From NCBI RefSeq assembly GCF_003334335.1, contig NZ_QOWQ01000047.1: a stretch of 31,056 nucleotides of DNA; one strand, written 5' to 3'. The first letter of the stretch is position 1. The number at the start of each line of letters is the position of its first letter. A model generated the notes under the pieces. That model saw only the letters and a list, made by a program, of their open reading frames with translations. It was not told the origin of the DNA and did no database searches. This DNA comes from Escherichia coli. Lineage in GTDB: Bacteria; Pseudomonadota; Gammaproteobacteria; Enterobacterales; Enterobacteriaceae. The position numbers and the translations under genes were made by a program. This document shows, one piece after another, positions 7,552 through 16,048 of this stretch.

Positions 7552-8370
7552 ATGCGATTAGCAAGTCGTTTTGGTTATGCGAACCAGATACGCCGTGACC
7601 GCCCCTTAACTCGCGAAGAACTGATGCAGGTCGTCCCCAGCGTATTCGGGGAAGATAAGCACACATCCAGAAGCGAGAACTATACCTGGATCCCCACCAT
7701 CACAGTGCTGGAAAGCCTGCAGCGGGAAGGTTTTCAGCCATTCTTTGCCTGCCAGACCCGCGTACGTGACCCGGGCCGCCGGGGGTATACCAAACACATG
7801 CTGCGTCTGCGCCGTGACGGGGAGATAAACGGACAACATGTCCCTGAAATCATCCTGCTGAACTCCCATGACGGTACCTCCAGCTACCAGATGCTGCCGG
7901 GTTACTTCAGGTTCGTCTGCCAGAACGGCTGCGTCTGTGGTCAGTCTCTGGGGGAAGTGCGTGTTCCGCACCGGGGAAATGTGGTGGACAGAGTCATTGA
8001 AGGGGCTTACGAGGTGGTGGGCGTGTTTGACCGGATTGAGGAAAAGCGTGATGCCATGCAGTCGCTGATTCTGCCGCCACCGGCACGCCAGGCGCTGGCA
8101 CAGGCGGCACTGACTTACCGTTATGGTGACGAACATCAGCCCGTCACCACCGCCGACATTCTGACGCCACGACGCCGGGAGGATTACGGTAAGGACCTGT
8201 GGAGTGCTTATCAGACCATCCAGGAAAATATGCTGAAAGGCGGGATTTCCGGTCGCAGCGCTAAAGGAAAACGTATCCACACCCGTGCCATTCACAGCAT
8301 CGACACGGACATTAAGCTCAATCGCGCATTGTGGGTGATGGCAGAAACGCTGCTGGAGAGCATGCGCTGA
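7552..8370 (+). CDS. DUF932-family protein (YfjQ/YafZ-like)
   Basis: 272 aa with an AGGAG RBS 8 nt upstream. The sequence (…HMLRLRR…LLNSHDGTSSYQ…FRFVCQNGCVCG…) matches my recollection of YfjQ/YafZ. Confidence 0.85.
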   Translation: MRLASRFGYANQIRRDRPLTREELMQVVPSVFGEDKHTSRSENYTWIPTITVLESLQREGFQPFFACQTRVRDPGRRGYTKHMLRLRRDGEINGQHVPEIILLNSHDGTSSYQMLPGYFRFVCQNGCVCGQSLGEVRVPHRGNVVDRVIEGAYEVVGVFDRIEEKRDAMQSLILPPPARQALAQAALTYRYGDEHQPVTTADILTPRRREDYGKDLWSAYQTIQENMLKGGISGRSAKGKRIHTRAIHSIDTDIKLNRALWVMAETLLESMR

Positions 8371-8461
8371 TGCTGTTTCCCTGAAAGTGCAGCCCTGACT
8401 CACGTCTGTACCAGTCCCCAGGCATTCTTCCATTCATTTACTTTTTATAAGGAATCATCTC

Positions 8462-8947
8462 ATGACAACCTTTTCGCATAGCTCCACCACACCTTCTGTT
8501 TCCGTAACCACTGCATCAGGGAATAACCAGTCTCAACTGGTTGCCACCATAGTCCCTGATGAACAGCGCATCAGCTTCTGGCCGCAGCACTTTGGCCTCA
8601 TTCCACAGTGGGTGACCCTGGAGCCCCGTGTCTTCGGCTGGATGGACCGTCTGTGTGAAGACTACTGCGGTGGTATCTGGAATCTGTACACCCTGAATAA
8701 CGGCGGCGCATTTATGGCGCCCGAACCGGATGAAGATGATGACGAAACATGGGTACTGTTCAATGCCATGAACAGTAACCGCGCTGAAATGAGCCCGGAA
8801 GCCGCCGGCATTGCAGCCTGTCTGATGACGTACAGCCATCATGCCTGTCGTATGGAGTGTTATGCCATGACGGTCCATTATTACCGGCTGCGGGATTATG
8901 CCCTGCAGCATCCGGAATGCAGCGCCATTATGCGCATCATTGACTGA
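8462..8947 (+). CDS. Antirestriction protein, KlcA/ArdB-like (YfjX/YafX-like)
   Basis: 161 aa. It has the characteristic …FWPQHFG…WMDRLCEDYCGGIWNLYTLNNGGAFMAP… block and sits in the conserved position upstream of the radC-like gene. Confidence 0.85.
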   Translation: MTTFSHSSTTPSVSVTTASGNNQSQLVATIVPDEQRISFWPQHFGLIPQWVTLEPRVFGWMDRLCEDYCGGIWNLYTLNNGGAFMAPEPDEDDDETWVLFNAMNSNRAEMSPEAAGIAACLMTYSHHACRMECYAMTVHYYRLRDYALQHPECSAIMRIID

Positions 8948-8961
8948 AAGGGGCCGGAACA

Positions 8962-9438
8962 ATGCAACAGATTTCCTTTCTGCCCGGAGAAATGACGCCC
9001 GGTGAGCGCAGCCTCATTCAGCGGGCCCTGAAAACCCTGGACCGCCATCTTTATGAACCCGGCGTGGCCTTCACCTCCACGCATGCGGCACGGGAGTGGC
9101 TGATTCTGAACATGGCGGGACTGGAGCGGGAAGAGTTCCGGGTGCTGTATCTGAACAACCAGAATCAGCTGATTGCCGGTGAAACCCTTTTCACCGGCAC
9201 CATCAACCGCACGGAAGTCCATCCCCGGGAAGTGATTAAACGCGCCCTGTACCACAATGCCGCTGCCGTGGTACTGGCGCACAATCACCCGTCCGGTGAA
9301 GTCACACCCAGTAAGGCAGACCGGCTTATCACCGAACGTCTGGTACAGGCACTGGGCCTGGTGGATATCCGGGTGCCGGACCATCTGATAGTCGGTGGCA
9401 GCCAGGTTTTCTCCTTTGCCGAACATGGTCTGCTTTAA
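8962..9438 (+). CDS. RadC-like JAB/MPN domain protein (YeeS/YkfG/YfjY-like)
   Basis: 158 aa with the JAMM-type motif HNHPSGEVTPSKAD. Confidence 0.9.
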   Translation: MQQISFLPGEMTPGERSLIQRALKTLDRHLYEPGVAFTSTHAAREWLILNMAGLEREEFRVLYLNNQNQLIAGETLFTGTINRTEVHPREVIKRALYHNAAAVVLAHNHPSGEVTPSKADRLITERLVQALGLVDIRVPDHLIVGGSQVFSFAEHGLL

Positions 9439-9500
9439 CCCGTCACAACCACATCACACCTGTTTTCACTTTTATCTTCTGTCTTCAGAGGTATCACACT

Positions 9501-9722
9501 ATGAAAATCATCACCCGTGGTGAAGCCATGCGTATTCACCGTCAGCATCCAGCATCCCGTCTTTTTCCGTTCTGTACCGGTAAATACCGCTGGCACGGTA
9601 GCACGGATACGTATACCGGCCGTGAAGTACAGGATATTCCCGGTGTGCTGGCCGTGTTTGCTGAACGCCGTAAGGACAGTTTTGGTCCGTATGTCCGGCT
9701 GATGAGCGTCACCCTGAACTGA
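9501..9722 (+). CDS. DUF987-family protein (YeeT/YkfH-like)
   Basis: 73 aa (MKIITRGEAMRIHRQHP…), in the conserved position between the radC-like gene and the antitoxin gene. Confidence 0.85.
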   Translation: MKIITRGEAMRIHRQHPASRLFPFCTGKYRWHGSTDTYTGREVQDIPGVLAVFAERRKDSFGPYVRLMSVTLN

Positions 9723-9801
9723 GTCTGGAAGGGCATTCAGAAGAGCAGAATTATCGCCACCACCGGACCATTCTTAACCAATTTTCTGTGAGGATTTTAT
9801 C

Positions 9802-10170
9802 GTGTCAGACACATTCTCCGGGACAACGCATCCCGATGACAATCACGACCGCCCCTGGTGGGGACTGCCCTGCACCGTGACGCCCTGTTTTGGTTCCCGT
9901 CTGGTACAGGAAGGCAACCGGTTGCATTACCTTGCCGACCGCGCCGGTATCAGAGGGCGGTTCAGCGACGCGGATTCGTACCACCTGGACCAGGCCTTTC
10001 CGCTGCTGATGAAACAACTGGAACTCATGCTCACCAGCGGTGAACTGAATCCCCGCCATCAGCATACCGTCACGCTGTATGCAAAAGGGCTGACCTGCGC
10101 AGCCGACACCCTCGGCAGTTGTGGCTACGTTTATATGGCTGTTTATCCGACGCCCGAAACGAAAAAGTAA
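9802..10170 (+). CDS. cbeA: Type IV antitoxin CbeA (YeeU/YfjZ/YafW family)
   Basis: 122 aa with a GTG start. It is near-identical to recalled YeeU (…DNHDRPWWGLPCTVTPCFG.RLVQEGNRLHYLADRAGIRG…). Confidence 0.9.
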   Translation: MSDTFSGTTHPDDNHDRPWWGLPCTVTPCFGSRLVQEGNRLHYLADRAGIRGRFSDADSYHLDQAFPLLMKQLELMLTSGELNPRHQHTVTLYAKGLTCAADTLGSCGYVYMAVYPTPETKK

Positions 10171-10259
10171 CTCTCCAGAATAACCTTCTGCTCCGGCCTG
10201 GTGCTTTCACCACGCCACTTTTCCATTTTTCATCTCTGCATATCAGGAAAATCTTCAGT

Positions 10260-10637
10260 ATGAAAACATTACCTGTATTACCCGGGCTGGCGGCCAGTTC
10301 ACGCCCGTCTCCGGTTGAAATCTGGCAGACACTGCTCACCCGACTGCTGGATCAGCACTACGGCCTTACGCTGAATGACACACCATTCGCTGATGAACGT
10401 GTGATTGAGCAGCATATTGAGGCAGGCATTTCACTGTGTGATGCGGTGAACTTTCTCGTTGAAAAATACGCGCTGGTACGTACCGACCAGCCGGGATTCA
10501 GCGCCTGTACCCGTTCTCAGTTAATAAACAGTATTGATATCCTCCGGGCACGCCGGGCAACCGGCCTGATGACACGCGACAACTACAGAACGGTAAATAA
10601 CATTACCCTGGGTAAACATCCGGGGGCGAAACAATGA
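10260..10637 (+). CDS. cbtA: Type IV toxin CbtA (YeeV/YkfI/YpjF family), a cytoskeleton-targeting toxin
   Basis: The track ORF 10119-10637 contains an internal ATG at 10260. From there MKTLPVLPG.AASSRPSPVEIWQ…DQHYGLTLNDTPFADERVIEQHIEAGISLCDAVNFLVEKY matches recalled CbtA (~124 aa). The 47 codons upstream overlap the cbeA 3' end and intergenic sequence. Confidence 0.9.
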   Translation: MKTLPVLPGLAASSRPSPVEIWQTLLTRLLDQHYGLTLNDTPFADERVIEQHIEAGISLCDAVNFLVEKYALVRTDQPGFSACTRSQLINSIDILRARRATGLMTRDNYRTVNNITLGKHPGAKQ

Positions 10638-11056
10638 AACAGGCCCTGACGCTGGAAGCCGACAGCATTAATGCGCAGGCGCTGAACATGGGGCGCATTG
10701 TCGTTGACGTCGATGGTATTGAGCTCGCTGAACTGATTAACAAAGTCGCTGAAAACGGTTATTCACTCCGCGTGGTGGATGAACGTGACGCTACCGAAAC
10801 ACCGGCGACTTCTGCCAGCCCTCATCAGTTGCCGGAAGACAATACAGTGATACAGAGCGTGATGCCATTAACCACTGAAACAGCGCTGGATATCCTCATT
10901 GCGTGGCTGCAGGACAATATCGACTGCGAATCGGGAATTATCTTTGACAACGATGAGGATAAAACGGATTCGGCAGCACTGTTGCCCTGTATCGAACAGG
11001 CCCGGGAGGATGTCCGGACTCTTCGTCATCTGCAGCTTCTGCACCAGAACCGGTAA
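10634..11056 (+). CDS. YeeW-like protein (DUF5983-type), translationally coupled to cbtA
   Basis: 140 aa. Its start codon overlaps the toxin stop (ATGA at 10634-10637), and it sits where yeeW does in CP4-44. Confidence 0.7.
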   Translation: MKQALTLEADSINAQALNMGRIVVDVDGIELAELINKVAENGYSLRVVDERDATETPATSASPHQLPEDNTVIQSVMPLTTETALDILIAWLQDNIDCESGIIFDNDEDKTDSAALLPCIEQAREDVRTLRHLQLLHQNR

Positions 11057-11085
11057 ATATCACTCACCATACTTCATTCCACTGA

Positions 11086-11116
11086 CGTCAGCCTGAACAG
11101 GGCTGGCGTTTTCGTT
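11086..11116 (+). terminator. Rho-independent terminator after the yeeW-like gene
   Basis: CGTCAGCC (11086-11093) pairs with GGCTGGCG (11101-11108) with one G-U pair. A 7-nt loop is followed by TTTTCGTTT. Confidence 0.6.
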
Positions 11117-11140
11117 TATAAACCAAAAGGGAAACCGATC

Positions 11141-11983
11141 ATGTCAGACATCACAATCTCCCGTCCGGAAGTGGTCACCGGGCATACGGACGTTATCTGC
11201 TCAATCAGTATCCGCCACATTCTGGCTGTACGAAAGAGTACACTGCTGCAAATCGACACACTTATCCGGCAACTGGCTGAAATATCAGCAATGACAGAAA
11301 GTATTGGCGGTAAAGCCGCCCCGGACTGGGCCATGAAACAGGATTTTCGCTGCGGCTGCTGGCTGATGGAGAAACCGGAAACCGCAATGAAAGCCATCAC
11401 ACGCAATCTCGATCGCGAAATCTGGCGTGACCTGATGCAACGTTCAGGGATGCTTTCCTTAATGGATGCACAGGCCCGTGATACATGGTACCGGTCACTG
11501 GAGCACGATAATTTTCCGGAAATCAGTGAAGCGAACATTCTGAGCACATTTGAACAACTACACCAGAATAAGGATGAGGTGTTTGAGCGAGGGGTGATCA
11601 ACGTCTTCAGGGGACTGAACTGGAATTACAAAACCAATTGCCCCTGCAAATTTGGCAGTAAAATTATCGTCAACAACCTAGTGAGGTGGGACCGATGGGG
11701 GTTTCATCTTATCACCGGGCAACAGACTGACCGACTCGTCGACCTGGAAAGAATGCTACATCTGTTCAGCGGCAAACCGATCCCCGACAACCGGGAAAAC
11801 ATCACTATTCGTCTGGATGGTCACATCCAGTCCGTTCAGGGTAAAGAGCGCAATGAAGACGAGATGTTCATCATTAAATACTTTAAGAAGGGATCTGCAC
11901 ACATCACTTTCAAAAGGCTGGAACTGATTGACAGAATTAACGATATAATAGCCAGGTACTTTCCTTCTGTGCTCTCAGCCTGA
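11141..11983 (+). CDS. DUF4942 domain-containing protein
   Basis: 280 aa. It resembles what I recall as the conserved terminal gene of CP4-type islands downstream of cbtA/yeeW. Confidence 0.7.
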   Translation: MSDITISRPEVVTGHTDVICSISIRHILAVRKSTLLQIDTLIRQLAEISAMTESIGGKAAPDWAMKQDFRCGCWLMEKPETAMKAITRNLDREIWRDLMQRSGMLSLMDAQARDTWYRSLEHDNFPEISEANILSTFEQLHQNKDEVFERGVINVFRGLNWNYKTNCPCKFGSKIIVNNLVRWDRWGFHLITGQQTDRLVDLERMLHLFSGKPIPDNRENITIRLDGHIQSVQGKERNEDEMFIIKYFKKGSAHITFKRLELIDRINDIIARYFPSVLSA

Positions 11984-12093
11984 TCCCGAGTGTGATTCCC
12001 TTTCGATATCAAAAGGGACTGCGGGTATAATTGAGGGTATATTTTTAATCAAACCAAATAAATTATATTAATATCAATATGATAAAAGAAATT

Positions 12094-12115
12094 TTCGATT
12101 CCGAGTCCGGCACCA
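12094..12115 (+). repeat. Island attachment-site repeat: a 22-nt copy of the tRNA-Phe 3' end (TTCGATTCCGAGTCCGGCACCA)
   Basis: It matches the recalled 3' end of E. coli tRNA-Phe (…GGTTCGATTCCGAGTCCGGGCACCA), lacking one G of the GGG run. The upstream sequence is AT-rich island DNA, not the tRNA body, so this is not a functional tRNA. Confidence 0.8.
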
Positions 12116-12124
12116 AATTCATAT

Positions 12125-12155
12125 AAACGGACCTCCACGGAGGTCCGTTTTTCGT
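12125..12155 (+). terminator. Native pheU rho-independent terminator, retained next to the att repeat
   Basis: AAACGGACCT (12125-12134) pairs perfectly with AGGTCCGTTT (12141-12150) and is followed by TTCGTTT. Confidence 0.8.
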
Positions 12156-12731
12156 TTCAGGACGCCACGATTTAAGCGTTCTGCCTCCAAATCAATTCTA
12201 CCGAACTCAACCAGATTCTCCCCACATCACCAGCAATTTGCGGGCATATCCCAATTCGGGAAAATTTGTTCCTGAGCTATAGCACTAACTGACGTGAAAT
12301 GTCGTGCGGCCCCGTGATGCTGTTGAACGTCAAATGACGTCATCAGGAGCGTAACGCATCCATAAAGCACAACACCGGTCTGAACGGCGACTGATGAGAT
12401 TTTCTGAATGAGAACAAAGAGAAATGTATCAGTTCGCTTGCTCATGCAAAGACTAACAATCCATTAAAATAGTAAGTGCTCCGGACAATTTTCCATGGAT
12501 TATTTTCTGAACATTTTTCTTTGGCAAAGATGATGAATTTTGATGGTAAGGAATATTACTTCTGGTTCTCAGTAAAATCCTTTCGTAATACTATGTAATC
12601 AAGAAGTTTATGGCTGGTAAAAATAACGTCTTGCATTCACCAATAATATGTAAATAAACCCATCTATAGATGGTAAAAATAGGTTGTGGCAATTATCATT
12701 GCATCATTCCCTTTTCGAATGAGTTTCTATT

Positions 12732-14270
12732 ATGCAACAACCTGTAGTTCGCGTTGGCGAATGGCTTGTTACTCCGTCCATAAACCAAATTAGCCGCAAT
12801 GGGCGTCAACTTACCCTTGAGCCGAGATTAATCGATCTTCTGGTTTTCTTTGCTCAACACAGTGGCGAAGTACTTAGCAGGGATGAACTTATCGATAATG
12901 TCTGGAAGAGAAGTATTGTCACCAATCACGTTGTGACGCAGAGTATCTCAGAACTACGTAAGTCATTAAAAGATAATGATGAAGATAGTCCTGTCTATAT
13001 CGCTACTGTACCAAAGCGCGGCTATAAATTAATGGTGCCGGTTATCTGGTACAGCGAAGAAGAGGGAGAGGAAATAATGCTATCTTCGCCTCCCCCTATA
13101 CCAGAGGCGGTTCCTGCCACAGATTCTCCCTCCCACAGTCTTAACATTCAAAACACCGCAACGCCACCTGAACAATCCCCAGTTAAAAGCAAACGATTCA
13201 CTACCTTTTGGGTATGGTTTTTTTTCCTGTTGTCGTTAGGTATCTGTGTAGCACTGGTAGCGTTTTCAAGTCTTGATACACGTCTTCCTATGAGCAAATC
13301 GCGTATTTTGCTCAATCCACGCGATATTGACATTAATATGGTAAATAAAAGTTGTAACAGCTGGAGTTCCCCGTATCAGCTCTCTTACGCGATAGGCGTG
13401 GGTGATTTGGTGGCGACATCACTTAACACCTTCTCCACCTTTATGGTGCATGACAAAATCAACTACAACATTGATGAACCGAGCAGTTCCGGTAAAACAT
13501 TATCTATTGCGTTTGTTAATCAGCGCCAATACCGTGCTCAACAATGCTTTATGTCGATAAAATTGGTAGACAATGCAGATGGTTCAACCATGCTGGATAA
13601 ACGTTATGTCATCACTAACGGTAATCAGCTGGCGATTCAAAATGATTTACTGGAGAGTTTATCAAAAGCGTTAAACCAACCGTGGCCACAACGAATGCAG
13701 GAGACGCTCCAGAAAATTTTGCCGCATCGTGGTGCGTTATTAACTAATTTTTATCAGGCACATGATTATTTACTGCATGGCGATGATAAATCATTGAACC
13801 GTGCCAGTGAATTATTAGGTGAGATTGTTCAATCATCCCCAGAATTTACCTACGCGAGAGCAGAAAAAGCATTAGTTGATATCGTGCGCCATTCTCAACA
13901 TCCTTTAGATGAAAAACAATTAGCAGCACTGAACACAGAAATAGATAACATTGTTACACTGCCGGAATTGAACAACCTGTCCATTATATATCAAATAAAA
14001 GCGGTCAGTGCTCTGGTAAAAGGTAAAACAGATGAGTCTTACCAGGCGATAAATACTGGCATTGATCTTGAAATGTCCTGGCTAAATTATGTGTTGCTTG
14101 GCAAGGTTTATGAAATGAAGGGGATGAACCGGGAAGCAGCTGATGCATATCTCACCGCCTTTAATTTACGCCCAGGGGCAAACACCCTTTACTGGATTGA
14201 AAATGGTATATTCCAGACTTCTGTTCCTTATGTTGTACCTTATCTCGACAAATTTCTTGCTTCAGAATAA
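12732..14270 (+). CDS. cadC: CadC, a membrane-integrated ToxR-like transcriptional activator of cadBA
   Basis: 512 aa. It matches recalled K-12 CadC throughout: an N-terminal winged-helix domain, one TM segment (FWVWFFFLLSLGICVALVAF) and a periplasmic sensor. The PPP motif at codons 120-122 (13089-13097) is the known EF-P-dependent stall site. Confidence 0.97.
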   Translation: MQQPVVRVGEWLVTPSINQISRNGRQLTLEPRLIDLLVFFAQHSGEVLSRDELIDNVWKRSIVTNHVVTQSISELRKSLKDNDEDSPVYIATVPKRGYKLMVPVIWYSEEEGEEIMLSSPPPIPEAVPATDSPSHSLNIQNTATPPEQSPVKSKRFTTFWVWFFFLLSLGICVALVAFSSLDTRLPMSKSRILLNPRDIDINMVNKSCNSWSSPYQLSYAIGVGDLVATSLNTFSTFMVHDKINYNIDEPSSSGKTLSIAFVNQRQYRAQQCFMSIKLVDNADGSTMLDKRYVITNGNQLAIQNDLLESLSKALNQPWPQRMQETLQKILPHRGALLTNFYQAHDYLLHGDDKSLNRASELLGEIVQSSPEFTYARAEKALVDIVRHSQHPLDEKQLAALNTEIDNIVTLPELNNLSIIYQIKAVSALVKGKTDESYQAINTGIDLEMSWLNYVLLGKVYEMKGMNREAADAYLTAFNLRPGANTLYWIENGIFQTSVPYVVPYLDKFLASE

Positions 14271-14343
14271 GTAACTCCGGGTTGATTTATGCTCGGAAAT
14301 ATTTGTTGTTGAGTTTTTGTATGTTCCTGTTGGTATAATATGT

Positions 14344-14373
14344 TGCGGCAATTTATTTGCCGCATAATTTTTA
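14344..14373 (+). terminator. Probable cadC terminator
   Basis: TGCGGCAA (14344-14351) pairs with TTGCCGCA (14357-14364) around a 5-nt loop, followed by TAATTTTTA. Confidence 0.55.
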
Positions 14374-14412
14374 TTACATAAATTTAACCAGAGAATGTCA
14401 CGCAACCCATTG

Positions 14413-14429
14413 TAAACATTAAATGTTTA
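14413..14429. promoter_or_regulatory. 17-bp palindrome TAAACATT-A-AATGTTTA in the cadBA promoter region, probably part of CadC site Cad1
   Basis: Perfect 8-bp arms, centred 214 nt upstream of the cadB ATG. The published Cad1 site (-144 to -112 from the TSS) is recalled as containing an inverted repeat. I have not verified the exact correspondence. Confidence 0.5.
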
Positions 14430-14634
14430 TCTTTTCATGATATCAACTTGCGATCCTGATGTGTTAATAAAAAACCTCAAGTTCTCACTTACAGAAACTT
14501 TTGTGTTATTTCACCTAATCTTTAGGATTAATCCTTTTTTCGTGAGTAATCTTATCGCCAGTTTGGTCTGGTCAGGAAATAGTTATACATCATGACCCGG
14601 ACTCCAAATTCAAAAATGAAATTAGGAGAAGAGC

Positions 14635-15969
14635 ATGAGTTCTGCCAAGAAGATCGGGCTATTTGCCTGTACCGGTGTTGTTGCCGGTAATATGATGGGG
14701 AGCGGTATTGCATTATTACCTGCGAACCTAGCAAGTATCGGTGGTATTGCTATCTGGGGTTGGATTATCTCTATTATTGGTGCAATGTCGCTGGCGTATG
14801 TATATGCCCGACTGGCAACAAAAAACCCGCAACAAGGTGGCCCAATTGCTTATGCCGGAGAAATTTCCCCTGCATTTGGTTTTCAGACAGGTGTTCTTTA
14901 TTACCATGCTAACTGGATTGGTAACCTGGCGATTGGTATTACCGCTGTATCTTATCTTTCCACCTTCTTCCCAGTATTAAATGATCCTGTTCCGGCGGGT
15001 ATCGCCTGTATTGCTATCGTCTGGGTATTTACCTTTGTAAATATGCTCGGCGGTACTTGGGTAAGCCGTTTAACCACTATTGGTCTGGTGCTGGTTCTTA
15101 TTCCTGTGGTGATGACTGCTATTGTTGGCTGGCATTGGTTTGATGCGGCAACTTATGCAGCTAACTGGAATACTGCGGATACCACTGATGGTCATGCGAT
15201 CATTAAAAGTATTCTGCTCTGCCTGTGGGCCTTCGTGGGTGTTGAATCCGCAGCTGTAAGTACTGGTATGGTTAAAAACCCGAAACGTACCGTTCCGCTG
15301 GCAACCATGCTGGGTACTGGTTTAGCAGGTATTGTTTACATCGCTGCGACTCAGGTGCTTTCCGGTATGTATCCGTCTTCTGTAATGGCGGCTTCCGGTG
15401 CTCCGTTTGCAATCAGTGCTTCAACTATCCTCGGTAACTGGGCTGCGCCGCTGGTTTCTGCATTCACCGCCTTTGCGTGCCTGACTTCTCTGGGCTCCTG
15501 GATGATGTTGGTAGGCCAGGCAGGTGTACGTGCCGCTAACGACGGTAACTTCCCGAAAGTTTATGGTGAAGTCGACAGCAACGGTATTCCGAAAAAAGGT
15601 CTGCTGCTGGCTGCAGTGAAAATGACTGCCCTGATGATCCTTATCACTCTGATGAACTCTGCCGGTGGTAAAGCATCTGACCTGTTCGGTGAACTGACCG
15701 GTATCGCAGTACTGCTGACTATGCTGCCGTATTTCTACTCTTGCGTTGACCTGATTCGTTTTGAAGGCGTTAACATCCGCAACTTTGTCAGCCTGATCTG
15801 CTCTGTACTGGGTTGCGTGTTCTGCTTCATCGCGCTGATGGGCGCAAGCTCCTTCGAGCTGGCAGGTACCTTCATCGTCAGCCTGATTATCCTGATGTTC
15901 TACGCTCGCAAAATGCACGAGCGCCAGAGCCACTCAATGGATAACCACACCGCGTCTAACGCACATTAA
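14635..15969 (+). CDS. cadB: CadB lysine:cadaverine antiporter (APC family)
   Basis: 444 aa, a polytopic membrane protein with an AGGAGAAGAG RBS. It matches recalled K-12 CadB and sits in the cadC-cadB-cadA context. Confidence 0.97.
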   Translation: MSSAKKIGLFACTGVVAGNMMGSGIALLPANLASIGGIAIWGWIISIIGAMSLAYVYARLATKNPQQGGPIAYAGEISPAFGFQTGVLYYHANWIGNLAIGITAVSYLSTFFPVLNDPVPAGIACIAIVWVFTFVNMLGGTWVSRLTTIGLVLVLIPVVMTAIVGWHWFDAATYAANWNTADTTDGHAIIKSILLCLWAFVGVESAAVSTGMVKNPKRTVPLATMLGTGLAGIVYIAATQVLSGMYPSSVMAASGAPFAISASTILGNWAAPLVSAFTAFACLTSLGSWMMLVGQAGVRAANDGNFPKVYGEVDSNGIPKKGLLLAAVKMTALMILITLMNSAGGKASDLFGELTGIAVLLTMLPYFYSCVDLIRFEGVNIRNFVSLICSVLGCVFCFIALMGASSFELAGTFIVSLIILMFYARKMHERQSHSMDNHTASNAH

Positions 15970-15985
15970 TTAAAAGTATTTTCCG

Positions 15986-16032
15986 AGGCTCCTCCTTTCA
16001 TTTTGTCCCATGTGTTGGGAGGGGCCTTTTTT
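15986..16032 (+). terminator. Intercistronic stem-loop with a T-run between cadB and cadA, possibly a partial terminator or mRNA-stability element
   Basis: AGGCTCCTCC (15986-15995) pairs with GGAGGGGCCT (16018-16027) with one G-U pair. A 22-nt loop is followed by TTTTTT, just before the cadA RBS (GGAG at 16037-16040). Confidence 0.4.
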
Positions 16033-16048
16033 ACCTGGAGATATGACT

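Larger units (their letters stand above)
1..12115. mobile_element. Distal arm of a CP4-type genomic island integrated at tRNA-Phe (pheU); the integrase-proximal end lies outside the window
   Basis: The gene set matches the CP4-44/CP4-6/CP4-57 backbone: GTPase, DUF905, DUF932, antirestriction, RadC, DUF987, CbeA/CbtA, YeeW-like, DUF4942. It ends at a 22-nt tRNA-Phe 3'-end repeat at 12094-12115. Beyond that the sequence is the K-12 pheU-cadC intergenic region; the repeat-to-cadC distance of 616 nt fits my recollection of K-12. Confidence 0.8.

Noticed and set aside
7606-8433. A 275-aa ORF antisense to the DUF932 gene, almost co-extensive with it
   Set aside because: The sense-strand product matches a known family, whereas the antisense product is low-complexity (Ala/Gly/Gln/Thr-rich) with no RBS context. 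Long antisense frames are expected in GC-rich, codon-biased genes. The same applies to 8516-8962, 8896-9426, 9805-10065 and 11116-11601.
10119-10259. A 47-codon N-terminal extension of the cbtA ORF
   Set aside because: The extension overlaps the cbeA 3' end and the intergenic spacer, and is not part of recalled CbtA. The family start MKTLPVLPG is at 10260.
12227-12445. A 72-aa ORF on the - strand between the att repeat and cadC
   Set aside because: I recognise no family and see no clear RBS. It lies in the conserved pheU-cadC intergenic region, where I recall no comparable protein-coding gene in K-12. It is probably spurious.
14552-14734. A 60-aa - strand ORF across the cadB start and promoter
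   Set aside because: It overlaps the cadB RBS and start and the Pcad leader, where the established annotation has no gene. It is a composition artefact.
16010-16048. Upstream extensions of cadA (from 16010) and lysU (from 19922) in the ORF track
   Set aside because: The known N-termini (MNVIAILNH… and MSEQETRG…) begin at internal ATGs at 16049 and 19949, and the cadA ATG is preceded by a clear GGAG RBS. The extended regions cover a hairpin (cadA) or use a TTG (lysU).
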